Below are positions 48,866 through 61,698 of a stretch of DNA of 64,000 bases, one piece after another. The DNA is taken from assembly GCF_006345805.1 (NCBI RefSeq), contig NC_043006.1, positions 27,280,001-27,344,000 of the forward strand, given 5' to 3'. Origin of the DNA: Octopus sinensis (taxonomy: Eukaryota). Positions within the stretch are counted from its first letter, which is position 1. Each line of letters starts with the position of its first letter. Position numbers and translations under genes: made by a program. A model generated the notes under the pieces. That model saw nothing but the letters and a program-made list of their open reading frames with translations, ran no database searches and was not told the origin of the DNA.

Positions 48866-50690
48866 ATAAGTACTCCTCACTGTTCACTTTTCTAACGTTC
48901 TTTTCTGCTTTTTCTTTTATATAATCATTGTGAGGTAGACTGAAGAAAACGTGTAGGGGACAAGTGGAGGAGGAGATCAGGAGGGTTGGCTTGAGAAGGG
49001 AGATGCCCAAAACCAGGCAATACTTAGCAATGACTTCTCTAAGTTTTGCTTCCCTGCCTGAAATTTCTCCAATTCTATTACAGATTTGGTTTTAAGAACT
49101 AGGTTGTTAGTAGAATGAGAGTTCCCATAGACAGCTGTCTTTAAATTCTTCTGTTACGATCTGGAGAACTAGGATAAATAAAAAAGATTCGGAACTGAGC
49201 CTTGTTGGATTTTTACCTGCACACAAAATTTATCATTGTTTTCATCGCTGACTGCACCTTTGTTGATGGCTTGTATAACTCTCACAAATCATTCATCTAC
49301 TCCTAGCTTTCTCAGCAAACACCTGATCATTAAGCAAAGGGCCCTGTTGAAGGTTTTATTCAAGTTGATGAATGCCAGGTGCCATGGCTTATTCCTAGCT
49401 AAGTACTCCAGTGGTTGTCTCACTAGGAAGACGACATTAGTAGTACTTCATAGCACAAAGCTAAACTGAATTCTCAGTTAGGCTAATTCTCTTCTAAATT
49501 AACTGAGCAACAACTCTTTTCTAACTTTCATAACTTCATTCAATGTGCTTACACTTCTATAATTATCTCTCACTGATGCATCTTTTTTCTGTTTGTAACA
49601 GCTGATGTGGAACTGGTAAGCCTATCATTTGGTATGACGTCTTCTTTTACGACTGATTTCTATATGGGTGACTAACCCATACCCTACTCTGCCAGATATT
49701 TTAAGTGTCTCAGTGGAAATTTCTTATGGTCCAGGAACAGGAGTCTTCCCAGCCCTTTTATCCTTAATTGCTGTCTTTCAGATAATTACCATTATTTTGC
49801 ATTTGTTTTCAAAGGGTTACATGACTCAAGGTCTATACCTGTTCTTGTTCACTTGTAACCCTCCTAGATAGGTTGGGGGCCATATCTTACTTGTACATTC
49901 CATTTTTGGCATGGTTTCAATAAGTACAAGTCCTTCATAACACTTTACCAGCCAGACTAAAGGAAGGTCCTTTTTGTTAACTTCATCCATTTACTATTTC
50001 AAAAATGTCTTGTGTACATTTTATTTATGATAACAATACAAGTGAAATTTCCTTATAACCAGCAGCATTACTTTGTCTCCATTTATTCAATGTATGTGTG
50101 TATGTATACACACACACATGAATGTAGATACATGTATATTACACTGAACTAAAGAATATGTTGATTTTAACGAACATTATATATAATAGTTGTTCTGTAT
50201 AACACCTTGTCTTTACTGTATTTCTGTGGATTGGGAAAGAGTGGATAGTTTATCTCAAATTTTGTTCTTTAACTTCCCACCATAAGAAAGAAAATAGAAT
50301 AATTTCTCTTATTTTAGAAAACAGTTGTTATTTAATCTCACAGGATCCAGATGTATTGTGAGGCCAGTTCAAAGAAAAAAAAAGTATTAGTAGTTGATAA
50401 TGAAATAGAGTTTCCCAATAAGTACTCCTCACTGATCACTTTTCTAACGTTCTTTTCTGCTTTTCCTTTTTATATAATCATTGTGAAGTAGACTGAAGAA
50501 AACACAGAGGGGACAAGTGGAGGAGGAGGAGATCAGGAGGGTTGGCTTGAAAAGGGAGGATACCCAAAACTGGGCAAGATGGTGTGAGGGCGGTTGCTAT
50601 GGCATTGAGGTAGATCCGGCCACTCCCATAACGGGGACAAAACCTGGATTTAAAACACTGGATGACAATGATAATGATTGTACCCATTTT
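48866..50690 (+). repeat. Direct repeat pair (48866-49018 and 50418-50577); the second copy runs into an RTE 3' end with a GAT tail
   Basis: ataagtactcctcactg..ggacaagtggaggaggagatcaggagggttggcttga occurs twice. gatccggccactcccataacggggacaaaacctggatttaaaacactggatga is an RTE-type terminus. Confidence 0.85.
49230..49740 (-). mobile_element. RTE RT fragment, same family as 30230-31159
   Basis: Nucleotide similarity to 30480-30960 (tcattcatctactcctagc, tattcctagctaagtac, gccagatattttaagtgtctc). Confidence 0.7.
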
Positions 50691-51029
50691 TATCACTGCC
50701 TACAAGGTGCTCATAACAAATAACCTGAATTATTGATAGAAATTGGAAGTTGTGATAGTAATTCATGTTCATCCAATGACATGATAAGACAAATCTCTCC
50801 AAATAGATATATTCACCTATCTCTCAATCACACATTTCAGGCATGCACATATATTTGTGTATAAGAGTTAAATTACATGAAATGAACATGTATCTAACCC
50901 TTGTCAATCACTATTTCATGATTAACTTTTGCAGTTTCTGATTTCCTTCAATCCGTAATGGGTTATGACTAATACTGATTCCAATAAGCAATATCATACT
51001 GTCTAGAACTTCGACTTCCAGACCAGACC

Positions 51030-51375
51030 ATGGGAGAAATATTTTAATCAAGAGAGGTATCAAATTGCTGGACCAGGTGATGAAAGTTACAGAAAGGGTC
51101 ATTGCCCAAATAATCAGAAAGAGAGTTAGCCGAGATGAGATGCAGTTTGGTTTTGTGCCAGGAAGAAGCACTACTGATGTTATCTTCCAGGTGAGGCGGC
51201 TACAGGAGAAGTAGCCAAAAACAAACCTCTGGATTTGACTTTCTTTGATATGGAAAAAGCCTTTGATAGAGTCCCCTGTTCTCTTATCTGGCGGGCAATG
51301 AGGAAGCTAGGGATAGATGAGTAGTTGGTGAGAGCTGTATAAGCAATGTATAGGAATGTTGTAAGGTGAAAGTCA
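51030..51375 (+). mobile_element. RTE RT fragment, same family, opposite strand
   Basis: IKLLDQVMKVTERVIAQIIRKRVSRDEMQFGFVPGRSTTDVIFQVRRLQEK. Confidence 0.85.
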
Positions 51376-51557
51376 GCATACAGGCATGTCCTCAACATCC
51401 CTCTCTCAGCTGAGAGATCCTAGTCTTGCGGGCGCTGATGCTACAGAAAAGCACCCAATACACTCTAAAAAGTGGCTGGTGTTAGGAAGTGAATCCAGCT
51501 ATAGAAATCATGCTAAAACAAATGGAGTCTGGGTGTTAAAAGTTGATCACAACACAC

Positions 51558-51597
<40 letters not shown>

Positions 51598-52606
51598 CAG
51601 TCGTGGTGACTCCTAGTCTTTCAATTCTTCAAAATTTAATTCTTTATTTAAAATCATAATATCCTACATTTTTGAAACATATTTTTAAAACCCTTGAAAT
51701 AAAAGAAGTATTAAAAAATGGAAAATTTACAGCTGTCAAAATTTTTCGATTTATTTATTTTTGTGAATGGCGGTGGGAATCTTTGGTACCTAAAACCAAA
51801 GATCGTCTTTTGGTATGCAGAACCATGACCCTGGATATTTAAAAACAGAAATCCAGGAGGGGGGGGTCGAACAAACAAACAAATAAATACAAAGTAACGG
51901 AGACGTGAGTATTCTGAAAGTGTCAATTAAATAACGTTAGCTTACTGGATATCATTCATATTTTAAGCAAAATTCTATACCAATTCCTGGCAGGTGCCAA
52001 ACAATGAACTCAGTACTGAGATTCAAGTATTTATAATTTTAATCCGAAATAACCTCATTTGAAAGAAACTGAATAGGTTAACGTAATTTACATTCTAAAA
52101 TATAGAAATTTTAATATTTTTGTATTTTTACACAACAAAGACTTCAAATAACAAATTATTATCGCACATCACAATGAAAATACTGTCTTTAAAAAGGACT
52201 CATTAAATAATGTAGTCTTAGTCATATACAACGACAAGATGGGCACGGCTGGAATGAGTCTAACCATAATGGTCGATCAAATTGTTTACTATTAAACAAT
52301 AACGATATAAAATACCAAATATGTACAATCATCCTCAAAACTCCTCTAAACCAAACAAGATGACCGCAGAACAACGTCAAATAAAATAACAGAATTCTTC
52401 TTTTTTTTTTTTGGTCAATATAAATACTGTATGCACGAAGGAAGTATCTTTCACCAATGTTATGTATTTTCTCATCGATATAATTACTAAACTTTGACAA
52501 ATATATTTTAACACTGCTCACTTCTTTATAATTACTGATCCCTGAAGGGTTCACATAATTTATATCGTTTAAACAAATAATTATAGACCTGAAACAAATA
52601 TATGTC

Positions 52607-52960
52607 AACTTACCGTTTTAGGTGTAATCAGGATACTGTATCTTGTTAACCCTAAATAAATGCTTTCGTTAAATTGGAGTTTTCAAAGGGTCAATTTTAT
52701 TCATGTTCCAGAACAAAGCAGATAGATGCAGTTCATGTAGTTTCTAACATCTTTAGCCAGAGATCCGTATCCTGTTACACTGACGTAGTGTAATGTTTTT
52801 GTTTTTAGCCACAGTTTCAATACAAAGTACGTATATGATGGAGGGGTGCGCGCGCATGCATATTTCAAGCTGTCAGGAGCATTGTATATAACGCCTTTCA
52901 GTATCGTAGCTCTTCGCGCTCTAATATTAAATTCCACTTTAGCACGTCGGACAAAATTTC
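52607..52960 (-). promoter_or_regulatory. Putative promoter and non-coding first exon of ZNF-D (donor GT at 52613-52612)
   Basis: AAAACG|GTAAGTT on the minus strand. Local CpG enrichment, CRE-like TGACGT inside the ttacact/agtgtaa hairpin (52775-52793), NRF1-like tgcgcgcgcatgca (52847-52860). Confidence 0.55.
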
Positions 52961-54850
52961 GTCTGTTATTGAAAATTTGTTGTTGGAGTGTGTTCGTAAA
53001 GTTTCTGTTAATTGTTGTGCCTATTGCTGGACTTAGTGTTTAAAAATTTATATTATAGTTTTCTTTCAAAAGCTATCTGTGGTTGTTCCCTGTAGTAAAC
53101 TTTGACAAAAATTATAAAAAATTTGCAAAATTTAAAAGTTATTAACTTTTTATTTATTAATTTATGACAATACTAAATCAGTAACGGAGTGGGGCAAAAT
53201 GAGTAATTCCTGATTTTGTATTGTTTTTTTTTGTAACTATTATATTGCATCATCATTTTGTACTGTTACATCATTGTTGGGAGTAAAAATTGGTCAGAAT
53301 ACTTATTGTTGTTGAAGTTGAGACGGTTTCAAATTTAGACAAGGGATGGGTACTTTTTTTAAAGGAAATTTTTCCTTAACTTTGGCCCAATTGTAATTGA
53401 GATTGCTAATAAAATTATAATCTTTGGTACTCACCCATCAATATTCTTTTCTGTTTGGTTCCAAATCAATTTTTTCCCACACAAATATCTACTTTGATAA
53501 TTTTCAAATGTCAAAAAGTGATGGCTAAACTGGGGCAAAGTGAGTAATGACTAATTTCAATAATTTCTTTTCTTTAACTTTATGGTATGTAAATATATCA
53601 TGAAGAGAGCCATTCCAGCAGATTGTGAGGAAGCTATAGAGAATATTTTAAGTCGAATTTTTTTGATTTAGTCGAGTTTGGTTAATTTCATACCATGTGC
53701 CATTTTTCCATGATCCTCTTTCATCTGACCAGGATATTTTAAATTTTTATGACATTTCTAATATCTAAGGATGGATATTGATGGGTATGAACCTTTTTTT
53801 AAATGTAATTCTGGAGAATTGAAGAAGTAAATTTGCCTTATCTTGTCTTACTCATTTTGCTCTAGTCAAATTTGTCTTTCACATGCTCAAAGAGAACGGA
53901 TAATTTTCTGAAATAATGTTCTGAATATGTTATAGTGCTTTTGATGCACTAAGAGAAGGTCATTTGCTTAGTAGATATAGTTCTTGTAAGGTAGTGAACA
54001 TATGTAAAAAATATATTTTTCATCAAAGTCAAAAATGTTGTAAATCTTACTCATTGTGCCCTACCCACCTATATAGGAAGGAGGCAAACCTGAGATACAT
54101 TCACCAAGCAATGATTTATAAAAGATATCAATGTGTCTTTAATACTTACAGAAATATTTTATGAAGACTATTAAAGTCTTTTTTGTTTGGCTAACACTTT
54201 TTGAAAGTTTGAAATTAAGTGAATTTTTTTCAAATTTGGTATATTGATGTAATTTTTCATGCTGAATCTGATGTTGTTATTCACTTTAGAAAAAAATGTT
54301 ACAGAGGTTTAAAGTTTGATTATTTTCACTCAATCAGAAAACAAGATTTGGAAAACTGGCATTTTCTTCGTAATAACTGTCTATGTCAACATGAGACAAA
54401 ACATTACAATGTTGGAAGTTTTAATAAGTTTCAATGAATAAAGTCATGTGAAATGTTGGAACTGGCATGTAAATAATATAAAAACGAAAAATCCTCCATG
54501 AGGTAGTGACAGCACAGCAAAAAGGTAAAGTGCATGTGGTTAGGAAGCAGACTATATGTTGATTTGTTACTATGGAAACAGACACCAATATATCTGTAGT
54601 TTTCAAATAGCTAAAGCAGATTATGGCTTGGCTTGTTATTACAGATATAACCACCAATAACCCAAATTTGCAAACTTTAAAATCTTTTAACTCTATATCT
54701 ATTAATATATGGCAAAAATGAATTTCATTTCCATAATTAACATACAAAACTACACCAGTACACCAAATTTGAAATCAATTGGAAGAAAATTAAAGGAATT
54801 GAAAAGTGTGAGCTAAACAGAAAAGATCCTAAAAAGTTAATAGCTTTTAA

Positions 54851-56710
54851 CACATAAAGCGCGACGAACCACGATCGTGGCTGCCACGCACAGGTCGACA
54901 GGCGACGATCGTGGCCCAGACAGATGCATTTAATTTATGGGCGTTTGTTGGGGGTCTAATGTCACTCAAACGCTGCGATACACCCCCAGAATGCAAGGGG
55001 ACTAATAGTTCAACTAATGACTTTTCAGATGATGTAAAACTTACTACCATTATATATTAAAAAGATATTTTAACTATTTTTTGTTTTTATGTGTGCATGG
55101 TAGTCTCATTTTCATAAAATGCGTTCATCAGTCTATGCTATGTAAATGTAAATCCCAGCGCTTTATAGGTTAAAGTTTGCAAATCCTGTTTTCTGATTTT
55201 AAATCAAACTTTAAGTCTCTAACGTTTTGCTAATTTTTTTTCTAGAACAAGCGAATAACAACATCAGATTCAGCGTATACCAATAAATTATACCAATAAA
55301 CCAAATTTGAAAAATCTCTTAATTTTAAAATTTCAGAAAGTGTGAACTACGCTTTTTCAGCCACCGCTACGTAAATAAGATAACGAGGGAAAGAGAGAGA
55401 GAGAGACAAACTTGGTGGGATCTGAAGAATATAACAGGTTCATTTATTTATTTATTATCAAAGGCCGGTATCGAAGATATACCGATAGTCTTGCCAATTG
55501 TTCATTCGAATCATTAGAGGATGTGTTGTCTCATCAAACTATGGGAGACAATAATGCAAAGTTGTTTCTTAACTATATGATACTTCCTGTGTAAGGATTG
55601 TACTTGATCTCATCTGTCTTTATATCGATCTTCCTTGTTCATTGTATCATGTAACAAAAGAAGCATGAGACCTCAATAAAATACATTTTATTGTATTAAT
55701 AGGGATTGGGATTATCAGTTCAAATGCTTAAGGCAATTAATAACATTATTATTTAACTGATACGAAACAACTGATTTGTTAAAAGGAGTTATTGAGACTT
55801 CAGTATATAAAGGTCTACACATGAACATCTTGTTAAACTCTTATTGACACAACTCGACAAAGACTACACCCAAGGAGGTTTGAAGGTATGGATTCTTCAG
55901 TATGTGTCTATCATTGTATATCGCTTTAATCCTCTTGTTGTTTACATAACACCGGCTATGCTGATCTTTTAAAAGAAGCAAAACAAGTGTCTCTAACAAA
56001 TGGGAATATACTTCCATGTATATAAGCGTCGAATTTGATAAGTTTCCGGTCTCCTTAAGAATGTTTCTTGCTTAAATAACACCAGCGACATACAAATATA
56101 AATATATCTGACAATAGAGCGTCTAGTTGATGGTATCGTTGACTCCTTGGCATGAAGTAACTATAAAACTTAAAATTAAGAATGAAATTCTGGTTTAAGC
56201 AACCCATATAACCTTTCTGGTTTTTTTTTTTTTGGGGAATTTTCAGAAGATTTTTGCAAATTTGTGCTCTCCCCAAGGGAATTCATACAATTAAACGAAA
56301 TAGTTAATTCATTCATTCTCGCACTTGTTAATTGAGTACTGTCAGGGGAAGTAACACCAACTTGGCTTAATTTTCAATTAACCCATAAAGCGCTGGGATT
56401 TACATTTACATAGCATACACTGCTGAGCACATTTTATGAAAATGAGACTACCATGCACACATAAAATACAAAAAATAGTTAAAATAACTTCTTAATATAT
56501 AATGGTGGCAAGTTTTACATCATCTGAAAAGTAATTAGTTGAACTATTAGTCCTCTTGAATTTTTTTTTTTGGGGGGGGGGTATCGCAGCGTTTGAGTGA
56601 CATTAGACCCCAACAAACGCCCATAAATTAAATGCATCTATCTGGGCCACGATCGTGGCCTCTCGACCTGTGCGTAGCAGCCACGATCGTGGTTCGTCGC
56701 GCTTTATGTG
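54851..56710. mobile_element. Non-autonomous piggyBac-type element (1860 bp) with ~330-bp inverted arms and TTAA TSD
   Basis: TTAA (54847-54850) cacataaagcgcgacgaaccacgatcgtgg ... ccacgatcgtggttcgtcgcgctttatgtg TTAA (56711-56714). Arms ~54851-55170 and ~56372-56710. Confidence 0.9.
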
Positions 56711-56774
56711 TTAAAAACGGAAAATATAGTTTTCAATTACTATTGATGTTACTTGAGGCAATTGCAGTTTCCGT

Positions 56775-59195
56775 AGCAAGTAATCAGAGCTTCTGGGTAA
56801 ACAACATTCTTTGCTTCATGATTAGGAGCATAGACAAATAAGTCTTGCAAACCAACCTTGGAGCAACCAACATAAAGTTGACCATAAGAAAAGCAAAGCT
56901 CAATTAAGTGCAAGCCTGTAAATTTCGAAGTCTAACCTTGAGCTTTATTAATAGACATTGCAAAGCAAAGTCGCACTGGGAATTGTGTTCATTTGAACTC
57001 AAATGGCATGTCTGTTGGTTTGATTAGAATTCTTGGAATGAAAATCTCTTCCCCAGAGGCACATTCAGTGATGATGGTAGCTTCTGTCACATTAGGTGAT
57101 AATGTCTTCACAATCAACCTTATCCCATTGCATAATTTAGGAGGATCTAAGTTTCTTAGAAGCATTATTAGGACTCCTACCTTCAGAAAAAGTTTATGTG
57201 GAGGAGTTCCAGGTGGCTCAAGAGAATTCAGGAACTCTGTTGGGTAATGGACAGCTTGATTTTTCATCAAGAACTGATTTGTACTCCTTAATGACTGTTG
57301 AAATCTTATTAATTAATTCATGGTTAATCCTTGCTACTGTCTCATTTTTTGGAGCAAGAAACGCCCTTTCACTCAACCATTTATGTGAATCATAATTATT
57401 ACTTAAGTCTGGAAATACCCTGTCCTTCAATTTAGTTGGGGAATTTACCATGATAGCAATATGAGCCAAATTCATATCACCATTCCCATCAAATGGTACT
57501 TTCCCATTTCCTAATCGGAAGAGTCAGGTTGAAAACTGTTCTGCACATTGGCCCCCATCTAATAAGACTCACATGTTAGTATTGAAGGAGAATTTCTGTA
57601 CTTTATTCCATAGGTGTGAAGACTTAATGCATGCTTTTATTTCATCAGATTTTGTTCATCTTGGAATGACTGGTAATGTCAGCCTGAAGTCTCCTGATAA
57701 AACTAATGTAACTCCTCCCATACATTTATTGTTGCCGCTTATGTTCTATAAGGTCTTATCAAGAGCTTCAATTGCATTTCTGTGTGACATGGTGCATTCA
57801 ACCCAGATGATCAGGTGGCATTGGCACAACATTTCTGTTGAACCTGAACCTTTGCTTATGTTATAAATTGGACTGTCATTTGTGACCAGGTCTAACAGTA
57901 GTTTAAAAAGCAGAATGAGCTGTTCGTCCTCCTGGGAGAAGTGGGGCAGCAAAACCAGATGATGCTACATCAACTGCAATTCTTTTTCGTTGCCTACCTT
58001 AAAGAGTAGCAATGTTGTTACAAATGCTTTACCTGTGCCACCAGGAGCATCAAGAAAGAAAATTCCTTTGATTGATAAAATAATTTTATCATATGCACAG
58101 TGTTGTTCTGGAAGAAGTTTAGATTCATGTTCATTCACAAATGCAGCCAAGTCTGTGAAGTCATAATTCGTCTCTCTTGCTATGTCTTTTGAAGTTCAAT
58201 TACTAATTTTGACAGTTTGTTTTTGGCAGTCCAGAGCCAGACTCTAGCAGATTTTTGCCTATCATGGCCAAAACTTGATCCTCAATTTTAATCAGTGCTT
58301 GGTTAAAAATTGTTTCAGAGAACTGAATATTGATATCTGGGTTTGCCTGCATACTTTAAGTCATCAGGCATGTCCTCACAATGTTTCATCCAAAGCAGTA
58401 GGAGACTGCCAAGTTGACACATGTTCCAGTATAATTGCAAAAAGGTTACGGAATTTCCTTGGAGAATCTGAGACTGATGCTTCAGTCAATGCAAGGTCCC
58501 AATGCTCATCATTTTCTAAAAAACCTTGTTGATAGCATTCTTCCCTATAAGTTTCACACACATGACCATTTACCCTCCTTGAATCTTGGAATGATTTGGA
58601 ATCATGTGCTTCATGCAAAGGAGCTGTAAGTAGTAGCATTCTGGTGGGGGTGGGGGGCACTGTAAACTCTTGCAAGAGCATCAGCCCCATATTTCCTCTT
58701 GTGCCATTTATTGTTTCTTCAGGTGTAAATACTTGGGTAATTGTGGTTAAGGGAGTTTTCTTGCATCTTCATCTACTTGACACAACTTAAAAAAGGCAGG
58801 AAAGGTAGTTTCTTTTGGAGAAAGTGCTTGTTGCAAGGCTGTTTGTTTTGTAAAGATAACCCTGTGACCATTCTCTAGATGGACACTCAAATGATATCTG
58901 GGTACCTCACATGGATGGGAAAATTGAAGATGTGCCAAAAAGCCTCATTTGTACTGATGTATCTTCCTCTGTCATACTGTGCAACTTCGTCATTTTTATT
59001 TATCTGCTGACTGCCATTCTGCATAAGAGTGTATGTTGCAGCATCTAAATCTTTGTTTATATATTTGCATGCATACTTAATAGTTAACAAAGTTGCAGAA
59101 TTCAACATTGACTCCGACTACCTGTACTCATCTTTGTTTCACTGAAGAATGCTGATCATCTACCCCATCTCCTCTTGTAGAGAGTGAAAACATTG
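56775..59195 (-). mobile_element. Helitron Rep/helicase relic (PIF1-like helicase portion)
   Basis: IKYACKYINK, RYISTNEAFWHIF, FFLDAPGGTGK, YPTEFLNSLEPPGTPPHKL, LRNLDPPKLCNG, QFPVRLCFAMSINKAQG, YGQLYVGCS; many stops and frameshifts. Confidence 0.92.
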
Positions 59196-59639
59196 TTTTC
59201 AGAAACTTTTTCAAAAATTAAAATGGGTATTATATGAAAAAATGAGTTACGTGAATATCTTCAGAGTGATGGAAATAAATGGCGATTGTAGAATGCCCCA
59301 CACACAATATAAAACATCAGATGAAATAGACGTGTGTGAGAGAGAGAGGGGGTGTGTTGTCATGATACGTACATACATAAATATGCATACATCTTTTTTG
59401 TATGTATGTATGTGTGCATGTGTGAGAAAGAGAGAGAAAGACAGTGAGTACCACTTATACATAACTCTCTCTTTCTCTGTATCACACACACACACGCACA
59501 CATACATACGAAAAAGTTCACTCTCTCTCTCTTTCTCTCATAAACACACACACATAAATGTATACAGAAGTACATAAAAAAATGTGTGTGTGACTGACTT
59601 GTGTGTGTGTGGGAGAGAGAACATTGCAAACAATAAAAG

Positions 59640-60265
59640 ATGTTGTGCATATGGTGGGACTGGGAAGGGATTATCCATTATGAATTGCTTGGACGGAACC
59701 AAACGGTCAACATGGAACTCTATGTTCAACAGATGGAATGACTCAACACAGTTATCCAAGAGAGAAGACCTAGTCTGAAGCAATCACAGAAGTGTTGCAG
59801 GTGGATGAAGCGATCCTGCTACGACATGGTCACGTGGGTGCGCCCTCTGCGGGCACGATTTCCAGTGCTGTTGGTGTTGTTGTATCACTGTTGCAGGTGA
59901 TAGATGGTACTGACATGGACATTGTAAGCTTTTGTAACAACCAGGGCATGATGCCCTGCTTGCAAGTAGCTGATAGCTTGTTCTCTCTGTGCTGCTGACA
60001 ATCAGGTCATACCTGATGCATCCAAATTACGAATGCCAGGAACATGGTCCAGGTTGATTTTTGTACCCATAACCTCCACGGCATTCAATGCAGCTATGTT
60101 TTGGTGTCTCATTTCAGGGAAAGTTGAAAGGTTACTGCAATTTGGGTCTCTGCCATAAACCAGCATGTCTTGGAATATTTACATTTACATTCCCAAAATA
60201 AATTTTCAGAATTTACCATATAAAAATGACATTTGGAAAAAATCATGTTTCTTTTTGTGGTTCAG
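59640..60265 (-). mobile_element. Tc1-like element fragment
   Basis: TA|ctgaaccacaaaaagaaac TIR at 60265. From ATG 60010: M..LSAAQREQAISYLQAG..YNVHVSTIYHL..STGNRARRGRTHVT..QDRFIHLQH. Confidence 0.75.
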
Positions 60266-60285
60266 TATATTCTTATATGTATATA

Positions 60286-60321
<36 letters not shown>

Positions 60322-60520
60322 GGCATAGGAGTGGCTGTGTGGTAAGTAGCTTGCTTACGAACCATATGACTCTGGGTTCAGTCCCACTGCGTGGCACCTT
60401 GGGCAAGTGTCATCTACTATAGCCTCGGGCTGACCAAAGCCTTGTGAGTGGATTTGGTAGACGGAAACTGAAAGAAGCCCTTTGTATGCGTGTATGTCTG
60501 TGTTTGTATCCCCAACATTG
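60322..60520 (+). mobile_element. tRNA-derived SINE, 5' part
   Basis: ggcataggagtggctgtgtggtaagtagcttgcttacgaaccatatgactctgggttcagtcccactgcgtggcacc. Confidence 0.85.
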
Positions 60521-61698
60521 ATTTTAGTTGTAAGTGATGAGTGACAATTAGTTAAAGTGATGTTATTCCTTTGGTTCATTTTAATTAGGTTTTCATGTTA
60601 GTATTTTCATTATGATTTTGGTGTTTTAGTCAATCTTATATGGTTTTCGTATGGGAAAATATATTTTCTATAATTAAAATTTATATTTAATAGATATTGG
60701 TCTACACTGGTTTATTCCCATGTTGTGTTGTTTTGAGATAACTGAAACCTGATAGTTGAAGTGATCTGTTATTCTACTAGTTTATATTTGGATTGTTCTA
60801 ACATTTTTGTGTTTTATATGTGTGTTATAGATTGTTAGGTAGCAAGGTCTTGGTTTACATTTTTTAATTGATCCATATATTTTCAATTCTAGGTTGATTT
60901 TTCCTTAAGTTATTATTTTCTGTTTTATGTATTGGCAAACTGTGTTTTGAACTATGTTCACTAACATTTAGTTCACTAGTTTGATTTAATGTTTTATGGT
61001 TTCTAAGTTCCATAATTCTTTGGATGGCAATGTTCATTTTGATATTTTTTGTTTTCTGTGTTCTTTTCTTTTTAATTTATGCACTTTGTAGCTATAGGTA
61101 TGAAGCAATTTATGTTTAAGATTTGATATTTGTTACAATAAGCAGGTGGAGACATAATGGACATGTTGCCCAAATATTTTCCTCCTGCTTCTTGTCTATT
61201 AATTCCTAGGCAGTGTTTAACTTTTTATTAACACATATGGATGCATGCGTTATACGCATCTTTATATGTATAAATGCATGTGTGTGTGCATGTGCGTGTG
61301 TGTGTTCTTTCTCCTACAGTTGCCTTATCATGTCTTTTCTTGCTTTACAGTTTTGCTGGTCTTCCCTTACAAACTGTAGTGGAACATCTATGCGCACCAG
61401 AGTGACTGCTACCAATCATTTATGGATTCACTATATTGTATAACCCACATAGCATCCATCAACCGTATCTGCTCATCAGAATGTGAAAACAGAAATTTTT
61501 TCAACTAAAACTATGTGTGTCATTTGGAGAGTATTTAATTAATAACAAGCACTCTAGTGGTAAGTAGAAAATAAAACTACACTGCACATTTTGAACATTT
61601 ATAAACAGTGTCTCATGACAGCCAAGAAATTCAACTGTAACAGATGACTGTAACTTCACTGACACTTCTCAGATTTTAAGAATTTGTTAGGAATTAAT

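Noticed and set aside
53181-53866. Possible MITE with gcaaaatgagtaa / ttactcattttgc inverted 13-mers
   Set aside because: The match is short, a third direct copy sits at ~53531, and no clear TSD could be defined.
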